This document shows positions 48,050-58,886 of a stretch of 64,000 bases of DNA, in pieces; the first letter of the stretch is position 1, and each line of letters begins with the position of its first letter. The notes beneath the pieces were generated by a model. It saw only the letters and a list, made by a program, of their open reading frames with translations. It was not told the origin of the DNA and ran no database searches. Made by a program: the position numbers and the translations under genes. The stretch comes from an uncultured Actinomycetes bacterium (GTDB taxonomy: Bacteria; Actinomycetota; Acidimicrobiia; IMCC26256; DASPTH01): NCBI GenBank assembly GCA_963835985.1, contig CAWIHV010000003.1:100006-164005 (forward strand). The letters run 5' to 3'.

Positions 48050-49320
48050 GCTTCGCCGACGTCGACTGGTTCACCGACGGCACGGTCGTACCCGACCCCT
48101 ACCCCTTCTACCGCTACCTGCGCGACGAACGCGGGCCGGTGTGGATCGAGCCGACCCATCACGTCGCGGTGGTCACGGGACACGACGAAGCCCTCGCGGT
48201 GTACCGCGACCACGACACGTTCTCGTCGTGCAACGCCCCGTCGGGTCCGTACCCGGGTCTCCCGGTGATGCCCGAGGGCGACGACGCCAATGCACTGATC
48301 GACGAGCACCGCGAACGTATGCCGATGTACGGCTACATGGCCACCTGGGACCCGCCGCGACACACCGACTATCGCTCGCTGCTCACCGGCCTGTTCACGC
48401 CCAAGCGCCTCAAGGAGAACGAGGACTTCATGTGGCGCCTCGCCGACGGCCAACTCGACGAGTTCGTCGCGCGCGGCTCGTGCGAGTTCATCCGCGACTT
48501 CGCGGAGCCATTCACCGCGTTGGTGATCGCCGATCTCCTCGGAGTTCCCGACGAGGACCGGACGCGCTTCCGGGCGTGGTTCCAAGCCCAGAAGTCACCG
48601 GGCCGCATCGGCGAGAACATGACGAACTCCGAAGAGACGAACGCGCTGTCGTTCTTCGAGGGCACGTTCTCCGAGTACATCGAGGATCGCCGACGCGCAC
48701 CGCGCGACGACGTGCTCACGCACCTCGCCCAGGTCACCTTCCCCGACGGCACCGTGCCGCCGGTCAGCGTGCTCGCCAACGAGGCCGCCTTTCTCTTCGC
48801 CGCGGGGCAGGAGACGACGGCGCGCAGCCTGGCGTTCACGCTGCAGCACCTCGGTGAACGCCCCGCAGAACAGGAGCACCTGCGCGCCCGACGTGACGCC
48901 ATCCCCACGTTCGTCGAGGAGATCTTCCGGCTCGAGAGCCCGGTGAAGAGCCACTTCCGCCTCGCGCGACGCACCACCACGCTCGGCGGGGTCGAGATCG
49001 CCGCCGGGACCACCGTGATGCTCCTGATCGGGGCGATCAACCGCGACCCGGCCCGGTTCGACGCCGCCGACGAGCTCGAGCTCGACCGCAGCGGCATCTA
49101 CGAACACGTCGCCTTCGCTCGCGGCGTGCACACCTGCCTGGGTCAGCAACTCGCACGAGCCGAGATGCGCATCGCAGTGGAACGCATCCTCGATCGCATG
49201 GTCGCCATCCGCATCGACAGCACGCAACACGGTGCCGCCGACGCGCGCCGCTACGACCACGACCCGACCTTCTTCTTCCGCGGCCTCCGCGCGCTCCATC
49301 TGGATTTCACCCCCGCGTAG
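48046..49320 (+). CDS. Cytochrome P450
   Basis: I-helix AAGQETT, EXXR (EEIFRLESP) and heme loop FARGVHTCLGQQLA. The ORF is intact at 424 aa. Confidence 0.9.
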   Translation: MSFADVDWFTDGTVVPDPYPFYRYLRDERGPVWIEPTHHVAVVTGHDEALAVYRDHDTFSSCNAPSGPYPGLPVMPEGDDANALIDEHRERMPMYGYMATWDPPRHTDYRSLLTGLFTPKRLKENEDFMWRLADGQLDEFVARGSCEFIRDFAEPFTALVIADLLGVPDEDRTRFRAWFQAQKSPGRIGENMTNSEETNALSFFEGTFSEYIEDRRRAPRDDVLTHLAQVTFPDGTVPPVSVLANEAAFLFAAGQETTARSLAFTLQHLGERPAEQEHLRARRDAIPTFVEEIFRLESPVKSHFRLARRTTTLGGVEIAAGTTVMLLIGAINRDPARFDAADELELDRSGIYEHVAFARGVHTCLGQQLARAEMRIAVERILDRMVAIRIDSTQHGAADARRYDHDPTFFFRGLRALHLDFTPA

Positions 49321-49342
49321 GGCGCACAGTCGCGAGAGGTGC

Positions 49343-50010
49343 TCAGACCGCGCGCGGGCGGGGCACGCGGGCGAGGAGGTCCCGGGCCACACGATGTCGC
49401 ACACCGTGCGCGCGGCCACCTGCCAACGGCCGTCCGTCTGCACCGCGTAGCCGACGCGGTCCCTGATGACGGTGCCGTGATCGGGGATCGTGAGCGAGAA
49501 CTTCACGATGGCGTGCGTGGCATCGATGAACGAGGGATCGCTCACCGTGACCACGTTGCCCGCCAGCTGGTCGTCGGTGTACCCGAACCGCCGCGCGATC
49601 TCGGCCGAGCGGTGGAGCAGCGGCGCCAGCTCCTGGCCGAGTTGGATCGACGACACCTTCGCTTCGTCACTCGCAGGGGCGAAGACGTTGCGGTACACGG
49701 TCGCGATCTCGACACCGGCCTGGGTGAGGTCGGCGGGGGCGTACAGGTCGGCCACCTCGGACGACTTCGGTATCACCACCGCAGTCGTCTCGCCGCCGTC
49801 GTCCGACGTCGCACCTCCGACGACGAACGCGCCGATCGCCACCGCGATCAGCGCGACGGTCCCACCGATCGCGAATCGGCGCTGTTGACGGCGGCGACGT
49901 TGCTCGCTCCGCGCCAGGAGGTCGTCGAGGTCCTGGTCGGGGCGCAGCCGGCGCACGCGTGCGTCGATGCTCCGCCCGAGCTGTGCACCGAGCTCGTCGT
50001 CGCTCTTCAT
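49343..50010 (-). CDS. Single-pass membrane protein downstream of the ECF sigma factor (anti-sigma-like); 3' end uncertain
   Basis: The ATG at 50010 overlaps the sigma stop (ATGA). One TM segment is present (FAIGGTVALIAVAIGAFVVGGA). As written there is no stop before the convergent P450. A TGA at 49343 becomes available after a frame shift near 49385. Confidence 0.5.
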
Positions 50011-50507
50011 CGCTCGATCACCCGTCGGAGCTGGGTCAGCCCGCGATGCACCAACGACGCGACGGTTCCCTCGCGACAGTGCAGGATGTCGGCGATCTCC
50101 GACTGCGGCAGGCACTCGTAGAACTGCAGGACGAGCGCAGCTCGCTGGCGGTACGGGAGCGCCGAGAGCGCGTCGAACATCTCGTCGGCCTCGAGCCGGG
50201 CGTCCTCCACCACGAACAGCACGTCGGCCGAGCGCTCGCGCTTGGCGCGCCGGGAGGCGGATCGACACGCGTTCACCACCGCGGCGCGGAGGTACGAGCG
50301 CGGGTGCTCGATTCGCTCCCAGTGCGCGTGCGTGCGGATGAACACGTCGTGCACCAGGTCCTGCGCCAACGTCTCGGAGCCGGTCAACGCACACGCGAGC
50401 CGGATCATCGGCAGCTGCAACTCCCGGTAGAGGTCGACGAACGACGGTTCGAACTCGACTGCGCGCTCGGCCCCGGGCCAGTCGTCGCTGCGCTTGGGTT
50501 CGGTCAT
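50007..50507 (-). CDS. ECF-type RNA polymerase sigma-70 family factor
   Basis: Region 2 LAQDLVHDVFIRTHAHWERIEHPRSYLRAAVVNA. Region 4 LPYRQRAALVLQFYECLPQSEIADILHCREGTVASLVHRGL. Confidence 0.88.
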   Translation of the reverse strand: MTEPKRSDDWPGAERAVEFEPSFVDLYRELQLPMIRLACALTGSETLAQDLVHDVFIRTHAHWERIEHPRSYLRAAVVNACRSASRRAKRERSADVLFVVEDARLEADEMFDALSALPYRQRAALVLQFYECLPQSEIADILHCREGTVASLVHRGLTQLRRVIER

Positions 50508-50557
50508 GGTCTTCCGGTCATCTCGAGAAGCAGCGAGTGTGGCACGCGCGGCGGGCA

Positions 50558-52029
50558 TCAGTACATCCGGAACGTGATGCTGACCAGCAGCGCGACGTAC
50601 AGGGGAGGGACGAACGCGACGAGCGGCACCCGGGCGACGGTGGGGGTCGCCCAGGCGCCGCGAAGGGGGCCGACGGCGATCGGTACGAGCACCAGCAACG
50701 GGACGAAGAAGCGGGCCTGCATCCCGCCCACGACGTCGGCGCCCGGGACCGACCAGTACACGTACTGGGCACCCAGGACGAGGAGGCACCCGACCACGAA
50801 CACGATCACCAACAGCGCGCGTTGCAAGGGATCGAGCGCGCGCGGCTCGCGGGCATCGCGCTGCACCGAGACGAGCGCCAACACCGCGAGCATGACCACG
50901 ACGGCGACCGCGGGCCACACCGCGACGCTCGGCCCGAGGGTGATCAACCCCTTGCCCCAGTCCCAGAGATCCTCACCGACCGTGCGGCCGGCGGCGACGA
51001 GGAACGTCCACGGCTCGTGGAGCAGGAGCGAGCGTTGGCGCGCCGGATCGACGCCCACGCCGAAGAAGTCGGCATCGGTGCGCCACAGCCCGCCCACCGC
51101 CTCGTTCCAGAGCACCGACGCGACCACCCCGACGACCGGTGCGAAGACCAGCGGCCACCACGCCGCCCTCCGCCGGCGACCCAACAGCGGGAGGAGGTAG
51201 CAGGCCGCGAGCACGATGTAGCCCGGCTTGCACGCGGCGAGCAGCGCGCTCGAGGAGGACGGCTTCGCCGAGGGCGCGGCCGAGCGTGGTCTCGACGTCG
51301 GCGTCGGTGAGGCGCAGCGCCGACGACACCACCAACAGCGAGAGCGCGATGGTCACGGCGTCGTGCGAGGCCGACGCCGAGGCCTGGAACAGCGCGACCG
51401 GGAGCAGGCCGACCGCGCAGAAGGCCCACCGGGACCGCGTGGCCCGGCGGATCGCGAGCCAGACGATCGCCACGTACGCGGCGAGCGCGGCGAGGCGCGA
51501 CGCGAGCACCATCCCGTCGATACCGGCGCCCGCGGCTCGGGCCACGCGGATCGCCGCGGCTTGGGGCAGGTACGGCACCGGCGATCCGAAGGTCGAGAAG
51601 GTCACGAAGCGCTGCGAGGGATCGGTCGGGCACGCCGGGATCCCGCGCAGCGACACCGGCGTCGACCCGCTCGACGGCGTGCCGTCGAGGCGGGCGTTGT
51701 GCTCGAGCACGACGAGGCCCTCGCGCAGCACGCCCCGGACGACATCGGGAGGGATGCACGCACCGCTGAACTCCGAGCCGTCGGGATGCAGCGGGAGGAA
51801 GCGCCCCGTCGAGATCTGGTACGAGCGGAAGAAGTGGGCCGGTTCGTCGATGCCGCCGAAGTGGGGCACGACGCACGCCAGGTACGGCCCCGACCACGGT
51901 GGCAACGACCAGGAAGGTGATCGCGGGGTCGGCGACCCAACGCCGGAGCCGGCCCGTCGTGGGCGGCGTCGGCGGACGCGGGGCAGCACCCTCGCGCTCG
52001 AGGTCGACGGGCGGGGAGGGGGGAGCCAA
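50558..52029 (-). pseudogene. Large polytopic membrane protein, DUF2142-like; frame breaks near 51890 and 51240; start uncertain
   Basis: VVPHFGGIDEPAHFFRSYQIS after the first TM matches my recollection of DUF2142. Multiple TM helices continue through three frames (ORFs 50944.., 50973.., 50558..51214). Confidence 0.55.
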
Positions 52030-52317
52030 TCGCTCGTGAGACGCCCGAAGCGGCCAACTCCTTGCAATCGAGACTTCCGAAGTTCCCGGCAAGGAATCCG
52101 GCCGACCGGGCGTCTCCCCTTCATGCACGGATCGCGTCCGGCGCCGTCGGACCCTCGCGCCGGTCGTGGCGTCGATCTCCTCGACGTCGGGCTGCTCGCC
52201 CTCCCGGTCCTCCTGGCGGTCCTGGCCTTCGTGCTCGCCAACCTCCTCTGACGCCCGCTCGGGTCGGCGGGTGGCGGTACGGTCCACGCCGACCGAACCG
52301 ACGGGGGGAGCACCGCT

Positions 52318-52974
52318 GTGACCGGACCGACGTCCGACGTGTGGGAGACGATGGCGACCGCCCGCACGATCCGGCGGTTCACCGACGAGCCCGTCGACGA
52401 TGCGACCCTCGCCCGATGCCTCGAGGCCGCCCGGTGGGCGCCGTCGGGTGCGAACGCGCAGCGGTGGCGTTTCGTCGTGCTCCGCTCCCCCGAAGCGCGC
52501 GCGGCGGTGGCACGAGCGGCCGCGCAGGCGCTCGAGGTGATCGAACCCGTCTACGGCATGTCGCGTCCCGATGACGACGACGACAGCCGGACCGCACGGA
52601 CCAACCGGGCCACCTACGAGGTCCACGACCGAGCCGGCGAGTACACGTCGGTGCTGTTCGCGCAGATGCACTTCCCCACTGCGTCCGAGCTCCTGCTCGG
52701 CGGATCGATCTTCCCCGCGATGCAGAACTTCCTGCTCGCCGCCCGCGCCCTCGGACTCGGGGCGTGCATGACCAGTTGGGCGTCGTACGGCGGCGAGGCG
52801 ATCCTGCGGGAGGCGGTGGGCGTGCCCGACGACTGGATGCTGGCCGGACACATCGTCGTCGGATGGCCGCGCGGACACCACGGCCCGGTACGGCGACGGC
52901 CGCTCACCAACGCGGTCAACCTCGACCACTGGGACGCGCCCGCCGACGAGCTCATCGCCAGCGAGGTGCGCTGA
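52318..52974 (+). CDS. Nitroreductase-family protein (paralog 3 of 3)
   Basis: GTG at 52318 after GGGGGAG. ARTIRRFTDEPVDDATLARCLEAARWAPSGANAQRWRFVVL and IFPAMQNFLLAARALGLG are present. Confidence 0.85.
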   Translation: MTGPTSDVWETMATARTIRRFTDEPVDDATLARCLEAARWAPSGANAQRWRFVVLRSPEARAAVARAAAQALEVIEPVYGMSRPDDDDDSRTARTNRATYEVHDRAGEYTSVLFAQMHFPTASELLLGGSIFPAMQNFLLAARALGLGACMTSWASYGGEAILREAVGVPDDWMLAGHIVVGWPRGHHGPVRRRPLTNAVNLDHWDAPADELIASEVR

Positions 52975-52977
52975 AGC

Positions 52978-53755
52978 TCAGGCGGAGCTCGACGCCGCGC
53001 CGGACGCGCCGTCGACCAGCACGTCGATGCCGCTGACGAACGAGGCGTCGTCGGACAGGAGGAACGCGACCACCGCCGCGACCTCGTCGGCCGAGCCGAG
53101 GCGGCCGAGCGGCGTGGCGTCGAGGATCTGCTGCATGATCGGCTGCTGCTCGAACTCCTGGCGGCCCATCGGCGTGTCGATGAGCCCGGGCGAGAGCGAG
53201 ACGACCCGACCACCGAGCGGTCCCCACCGCACCGCGGCCGCCGCGGCTTCGAGCTGCACGCCCTTCTTCGACCACCCGTACGCCATGCCGCTGTCCGGGA
53301 GCAGCATGCACCGGCGCGGTCGAGGAAGTCGGCGGATCGCGGCTCACGCACCAGCGCGGTGAGCTCTTCGCCGAGGAGCAGCTCGAGCGGCAGGTAGCCC
53401 GCGCTCGACGCGAAGCACACCGCGGCCGAGCCGGGGGTCGACGATGGGCTCCAACGCGTCGAGCAGCATCACGGTGCCCACGAGGTTCACCTCGACGATC
53501 CGACGTGGTTCGGCCATCGTCGGCGACAGGCCCGGCGGCGTGCGCCAGCGCACGGAAGACGCCGAGCTCGCGGACGCGATCGACCAGGGCGGCGATGGCA
53601 TCCGGATCGCTGACGTCGCACGCAACCCCGACGGTCCCCTCGATGTCCGGTTCGCGGAGGTCGACGGCGAGGAGATGATCCACCGTGCCGCGCAGCCGAT
53701 CGACACATGCTCGCCCCATGCCGCTCGCCGCGCCCGTCACCACGCCCACGCTCAT
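52978..53755 (-). pseudogene. Short-chain dehydrogenase/reductase; about three frame breaks (near 53560, 53440, 53320)
   Basis: MSVGVVTGAASGMGRA.., VNLVGTV, CFASSAGY and YGWSKKGV..SLSPGLIDTPM..ASFVSGIDVLVDG are recovered from four ORF fragments. Confidence 0.75.
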
Positions 53756-53778
53756 GTCGACTCCCTCGTCGAAGATGG

Positions 53779-55021
53779 TCAGCGCAATGAATAGCGGATC
53801 GGGATGCTCTTCGGCCCCTCGACGAAGTACGCCCGCGTCCACCTCGGCTCCCCCGCGAGCTCGACGTGCTCGAGCCGGCCGAGCAGCTCACGGAAGATGG
53901 CGCGGATCTCGAGCCGGGCGAGGTGCGAGCCGAGGCAGAAGTGGCGGCCGAACCCGAACGCCACGTGGCCGGCCGCGTTCTCGCGCGTCACGTCGAGCCG
54001 ATCGGGATCAGGGAAGATCTCCTCGTCGCGGTTCGCCGACGCGTACGAGAGGTACAGCAGGTCGCCGGGCTCGAAGGTGACGTCGCGCAACGTGAAGGTG
54101 TCCTGGGCGGTGCGGCAGAAGTGCTTCACCGGCGACACGTAGCGGATGATCTCGTCGGCCATCGGGTCGATCAGCTCCGGCCGCTCCTGCAGCAGCGCGA
54201 GCTGGTCGGGGAACTCCACGAGCGCGAGCAGGCCGCCCGCGGATCGCGCTCGAGGTGGTGTCGTGTCCGGCGGTGGCGATGATGAGGCAGTGCCCGAGCA
54301 TGTCGAGGTCGGGCAGCAGCTCGCCGTCGATGCGGGCGTTGGCGATCACCGACGCGAGGTCCTCGGTGGGCCGCGCCCGCCGGTCGGCGGCCAACGCGGT
54401 GAAGTAGTTCACGAAGTCCATCAACACGCCGAACATCGACTCGTCTTCGCTCATGCGCGCGATGTCGGGATCCTCGGCCCCGAACAGCTCCTGGGTGAGC
54501 TGCAGCATGCGGCCGTAGTCGTCGGCCGGGAGCCCGAGGATCGACAGGATCACCTGCAGCGGGTAGTGCAGCGCGACGTCGCTTCACGAAGTCGCACTCG
54601 CCGTCCAGGGCCGCCATCTGGTCGACGGACTGGCGCGCCAGCTCGTCGATGCGGTCCTGCATCTGCTTGACGTTCCCGGGCTTGAACCAGTCGTTGATGA
54701 TGTTGCGGTGGGCCTTGTGCCGGTCACCGTCCATCTGGATGAGCGTCTGCACCGGCGTGTCGCCCATCTCGGCGATGCGCTTCGACGGCGTCAGGGTCGG
54801 CACCGGTGCGTTGGTGAAGAGGTCGGGATGGCGCTCGATCTCCATCACGTCGTCGTGCTTGGTGATGGCCCAGAACTCGGGGAACTTCGGGAGCGACACG
54901 CGCAGGATCGGCGTCTCCTCGCGGATGCGGGCTGCCTGCGGCGTGCCACGACGCCGGGATCGGCGTACGCCGCGGGGTCGGCGAAGATCGACCCCCGGCT
55001 GTCGACATCGGTTGCGGCCAC
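53779..55021 (-). pseudogene. Cytochrome P450 (second); three frame breaks (near 54955, 54582, 54240)
   Basis: FWAITKHDDVMEIERHPDLFTN, I-helix ATAGHDTTS, EXXR DEIIRYVSP and heme loop FGFGRHFCLGSHLA. GTG start at 55021. Confidence 0.8.
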
Positions 55022-55161
55022 CAGCGTGCCCTTTCCCCGTCCGGACCCTCCGGCAAAACATCTAGAGGTTAGGCCACCCCGCGCCGAGCGTCGAGCGGGT
55101 GCCCAAGCGGGTTTCGCATCACCGGATCCCGGGCAACTCGGAGTGCGGGGGTGGTCTGGCC

Positions 55162-56017
55162 ATGCAATTCGACGACATCGAGCAGTGGGCCCGTGGCGAC
55201 GGGCTCGAGATCGTCCTCATCGGGTTGGGCGCGATCCTGCTCGCTCGCTTCATCCACTGGCTGGCCGCCCGGTACTCCCGCCGCTACGACCTGGTGCTCG
55301 ACACCGCTCCCGACAGCGACCCGACCCGCCGGCAACGGCAGACGCGGGCACTGGTGCAGGCGTTGGAGTGGGTGCTGGTGGGCGTCGTCTACTTCGCCGC
55401 CGTGCTCCTCGTGGTCCTCCGCCTCGGTCTGCCGCTCACGAGCCTGGTCGCACCGGCGACCGTCATCGGGGTGGCGCTCGGCTTCGGAGCGCAGCGCGTC
55501 GTGCAGGACCTGCTCGCCGGGTTCTTCTTCCTCAGCGAGCACAGCTTCGGCTTCGGCGACACGGTCCGAGTGTCACCGGTGGGCTCCGTCGACTTCGTGG
55601 CGGGGACCGTCGAGGAGCTGACGCTGCGCACGACGAAGCTCCGCGGGGTCGGAGGCGACCTGGTGATCGTGCCGAACGGCCAGATCGGCCACATCACCAA
55701 CCTGTCCCGCGAGTGGGCGCGGGTCGTGGTTGACCTGCCGGTGAGCGCCGACGCCGACCTCGAGTCGGCGGTCAACATCCTGCACGACGTCGCCGAGCGC
55801 TTCTCGCAGACCGCGCAGTGGCGGACGGCACTGCTCGACGGACCCGACCTGTGGGGTGTCGAGGCGATCAAGGTCGGATACGTGCTCGTGCGCTTGACCG
55901 CGCGCACCGTCCCCGCACGTCAATGGGACGTCGCCCGTGCACTGCGCCAGCAGCGCGCAAGAGGCACTGGCGATCGAGGGCATGACGCCATCGACGCCGG
56001 TCCCGACCGTTGCATGA
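55162..56017 (+). pseudogene. Small-conductance mechanosensitive channel (MscS family); one frame break near 55955
   Basis: GVALGFGAQRVVQDLLAGFFFLSEHSFGFGDTVRV and the beta-domain VIVPNGQIGHITNLSREW are present. The expected C-terminus AQEALAIEGMTPSTPVPTVA-stop is in another frame. Confidence 0.8.
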
Positions 56018-56367
56018 CCCGCGCGGCGGACTCCCGTCGCGGTCCACGCTCGTCCTCGTTGGTGGCCTTCGTCCTGACGTTGGCGCTCTACCTGGCGGTG
56101 CGGCCGGACCCGACGAACGGCACCTCCAGCGACGTGGGATCGACCCCGGTTCCCACCGCACCACCGTCCAGCGCGCCTTCCTCGTCCACGCCCTCGACGA
56201 CGACGCCCGCCTCCACCACCACGAGCGTGCAGCCGACGACGTCGACGACGTCGACGACGTCGACGACGACAGGGACGACCTCGCCCACCACGACCGGCCC
56301 CGAACCGCCGACCAGCACGACGTCGCCCGAGCCGGTCCCCGACTCGACCCCGCAGCCGGACTCGTAG
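56014..56367 (+). CDS. Membrane-anchored Ser/Thr/Pro-rich protein
   Basis: The ATG overlaps the inferred MscS stop (ATGA). One TM (LVAFVLTLALYLAV) is followed by about 85 residues that are almost only S/T/P. Confidence 0.55.
   Translation: MTRAADSRRGPRSSSLVAFVLTLALYLAVRPDPTNGTSSDVGSTPVPTAPPSSAPSSSTPSTTTPASTTTSVQPTTSTTSTTSTTTGTTSPTTTGPEPPTSTTSPEPVPDSTPQPDS
56235..56270 (+). repeat. Coding tandem repeat, 9-nt unit GACGACGTC x3 plus a partial unit
   Basis: Read directly from the sequence. It encodes TTSTTSTTSTT inside the S/T/P-rich tail. Confidence 0.7.
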
Positions 56368-56431
56368 CCGCCGATGTCAGCACGCTCCTCGCGCCGAGGC
56401 CGAGGTGGGTCGCGTCCCGGCAACTCGTCGA

Positions 56432-57424
56432 TCAGCCCAGCTCGGACCGCATCCAGAACGCCGTCGAGTAGAAGTCGGACACCGCGTTGCCCGGATGCAC
56501 GAGCGCGTCGCATGCAGCGCGTGCGTCGTCGTCGAGATCGAGTTCGAGCACGCCGAGCGCATCGTCGAGCTGCGCGAGCGTGCGGGGCCCGATGATCGGG
56601 GCAGTGACGCCGGGCTGATCCTTGGTCCAGAGCAAGGCGAGCTGCGGCGTCGTCAATCCGCGCTCGCGCGCGAGCGCCCCCACTGCGCGCGCGACCTCGA
56701 GCGCCCGTTCGTTCATGCGATCGCGTGTCATCGGCACGAGCGCGGCGCGTGAATCGGCGGGCACGTCGTCGACGCGGTCGTAGCGACCCGCCAGCACGCC
56801 ACCGGCGAGCGGCGACCACGGCACGACCGCCACGTCGTGGTGCTCGCACATGGGCAGCAGCTCGTTGTCGGCCCGACGGTCGAGCAGGTTGTAGGGCGGC
56901 TGCTCGCTGACCACGGCGGGCAGGCCCTGCTCCCGAGCGAGAGCCAGGGCGTCGGCCAGCATCCAGGCGGCGAAGGTCGAGGTGCCGATCCAGCGCACCT
57001 TGCCCGCGTCGACCAGTTCACCGAGGACGCCGAGCGTCTCTTCGAACGGAACCACCGGCGACGGCCGGTGCAACTGGTACAGGTCGATGCGGTCGATCTG
57101 CAGGTTGCGCAGCGACTGGTCGCACGACGCCACGATGTGCTCGCGCCGGTGCCACGTCTCCGGCGGGCCTTCGCCACGCGGCAGACCCACCTTGGTCGCG
57201 AGCAGCACGTCGTCACGCCGGTGCGTGCGCGCGAGCACGTCGCCCACGACCTGCTCGCTCTCGCCGTAGACGTCGGCGGTGTCGATCAGGGTGATCCCGG
57301 CGTCGATGGCGCGCACCAACATCGCCGCCGCCTCGTCGGGCGGCGTAGCGATGCCGAAGTTCATCGCACCGAGCGCGAGCGGCGCGATCTCGACGCCGGT
57401 GCTCCCGAACGGCCGGACGCTCAC
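56432..57424 (-). CDS. Aldo/keto reductase family oxidoreductase
   Basis: Intact 330-aa ORF. LGAMNFG, IDTADVYG.SE and LATKVG are typical AKR motifs. Confidence 0.92.
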   Translation of the reverse strand: MSVRPFGSTGVEIAPLALGAMNFGIATPPDEAAAMLVRAIDAGITLIDTADVYGESEQVVGDVLARTHRRDDVLLATKVGLPRGEGPPETWHRREHIVASCDQSLRNLQIDRIDLYQLHRPSPVVPFEETLGVLGELVDAGKVRWIGTSTFAAWMLADALALAREQGLPAVVSEQPPYNLLDRRADNELLPMCEHHDVAVVPWSPLAGGVLAGRYDRVDDVPADSRAALVPMTRDRMNERALEVARAVGALARERGLTTPQLALLWTKDQPGVTAPIIGPRTLAQLDDALGVLELDLDDDARAACDALVHPGNAVSDFYSTAFWMRSELG

Positions 57425-57444
57425 GCGAGCACCCCCTCCCTGCG

Positions 57445-57490
57445 AGGTTGCGTCACTCGACGGCGTTCTACGCCCTCAGGTGACGCAACG
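57445..57490. repeat. Nested-hairpin repeat, family 1, copy B (partner at 29450..29496)
   Basis: AGGTTGCGTCAC-TCGA-CGGCG-TTCTA-CGCC-CTCAG-GTGACGCAAC. It sits 17 nt downstream of the 57508 stop and 20 nt upstream of the AKR start. Confidence 0.6.
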
Positions 57491-57507
57491 TGTGCGGTGA
57501 GTGAGAG

Positions 57508-58756
57508 CTACGCCTCGGCGTACTTTCCGACCTTCATCGCCTTGGCGATGGTGCCGCCCATGATGAGCTCCTGGTGTTCCTGCTTCATCCCCTCGACGAC
57601 CTCGCTGTACTGCAGCGGATCGCCCATGCCCTCGGGGTGCGGGAAGTCGGAGCCGAACATCAGCCGGTCGGCGGGAAGCCCGATGTCGATCAGGCCCTGC
57701 GGGTCGGGCTCGTGGAAGATGTGCACGTAGATGTTCCGCTTGAACACCTCGAACGGGTCCTCGTCGAACAGCACCGGCGACTTGTCGTAGGCGCGCTGGA
57801 TGCGCTGGACGAACGGCCGGATCCACGTGGCCCAGTACTCGACCGGCATGAACTTGAGCTTCGGGAACCGGGTGGCGAGTCCGTGTCCGAGGATCGACGC
57901 CATGCCGTCGTGCACCGGGTTCTTGTCGGACATCATCGCCTGGAACGCCGGCGAGCCCTGCGACTTGAACGGGAGCATCTCGCCGGTGATGCCCTCCCAC
58001 TCGTTCACGTAGCGCTGGTAGCCGGGGTCACCCGAGTGCATCCCGACGACGATGTCGAGGCGCTCCACCTCGGCCCAGAACGGGTCGAACTCCGCGCAGC
58101 GCGAACGACTTGCGGCCCTGCCACGTGGGCACGGGCGCGACGCGGATGAGGAAGATCTTGGCGCCGCGCTCGTGGATGTACGCGAGCTCCTCCAACGCAC
58201 GGTCGGCACCTGCCGCCAGGCTGATGATCGGCGTGGCGTAGATCGCGTCGCCGTACACGTAGGTCCAGTGCTCGTGCATCCACTCGTTGAGCGCGTGGAT
58301 CACCGTCACCGCGAACTCGGGGTCGTCGGCGACGCGCTCCTCGAGCACGCTGGCGAGCGTCGGCCACAGCAGCGTGCGGTCGATGCCCATGTCCTTCATG
58401 AGCGCGAGGCGGGGCTCGGGGTCGAAGAAGGCGTCGATGCCGGGCATCGCCTTCGGCTTCACGCCGTCGCGCATGCTCTTGCCACCCTCACCCTTGTTGG
58501 CCGCGCTGTTGCCCCACGAGCCGGGCTGCGCCACCCGGGCGAAGGTCGGGTTCGGGATGTACTGGCTGATGTGGTCGCGGATGGCGAGCTTGGTGCGGCC
58601 GTCGACCTCGATGTAGCGGATCGCGCCCTTGTACTCCTTGGGGAGGAACTTGGTGAGCGCGTCGGTGTTCTCGTAGAGGTGGTTGTCGCTGTCGAACGTC
58701 TCGTATGGGAGCCGGCGCTCGCGGACGTAGATGAGGTCTTGCTCGGTGTCGGCCAT
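57508..58756 (-). pseudogene. Amidohydrolase-2 family protein, paralog 5 (close paralog of 62712..63920); one frame break near 58105
   Basis: MADTEQDLIYVRERRLPYETFDSDNHLYE.. (ORF 58028..58756) continues in ORF 57508..58209 as EFDPFWAEVERLDIVVGMHSG..MFGSDFPHPEGM. Confidence 0.85.
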
Positions 58757-58886
58757 GGCGGCGGATCTCCTCGTCGAGGCTCGCGTTGAACCCGGTCAGA
58801 TTCTCAGAAATTACGACTCCGCCACAATTTCCGACAGGGCCTTTCGACCCTCATTCCTCCGCGGTCGGGCCACCTAGGGTCGCGAC

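Noticed and set aside
56235-56270. A possible CRISPR array or other non-coding repeat array.
   Set aside because: This is the only tandem repeat seen. It is a 9-nt coding repeat without spacers. No repeat-spacer structure or cas genes appear anywhere in the window.
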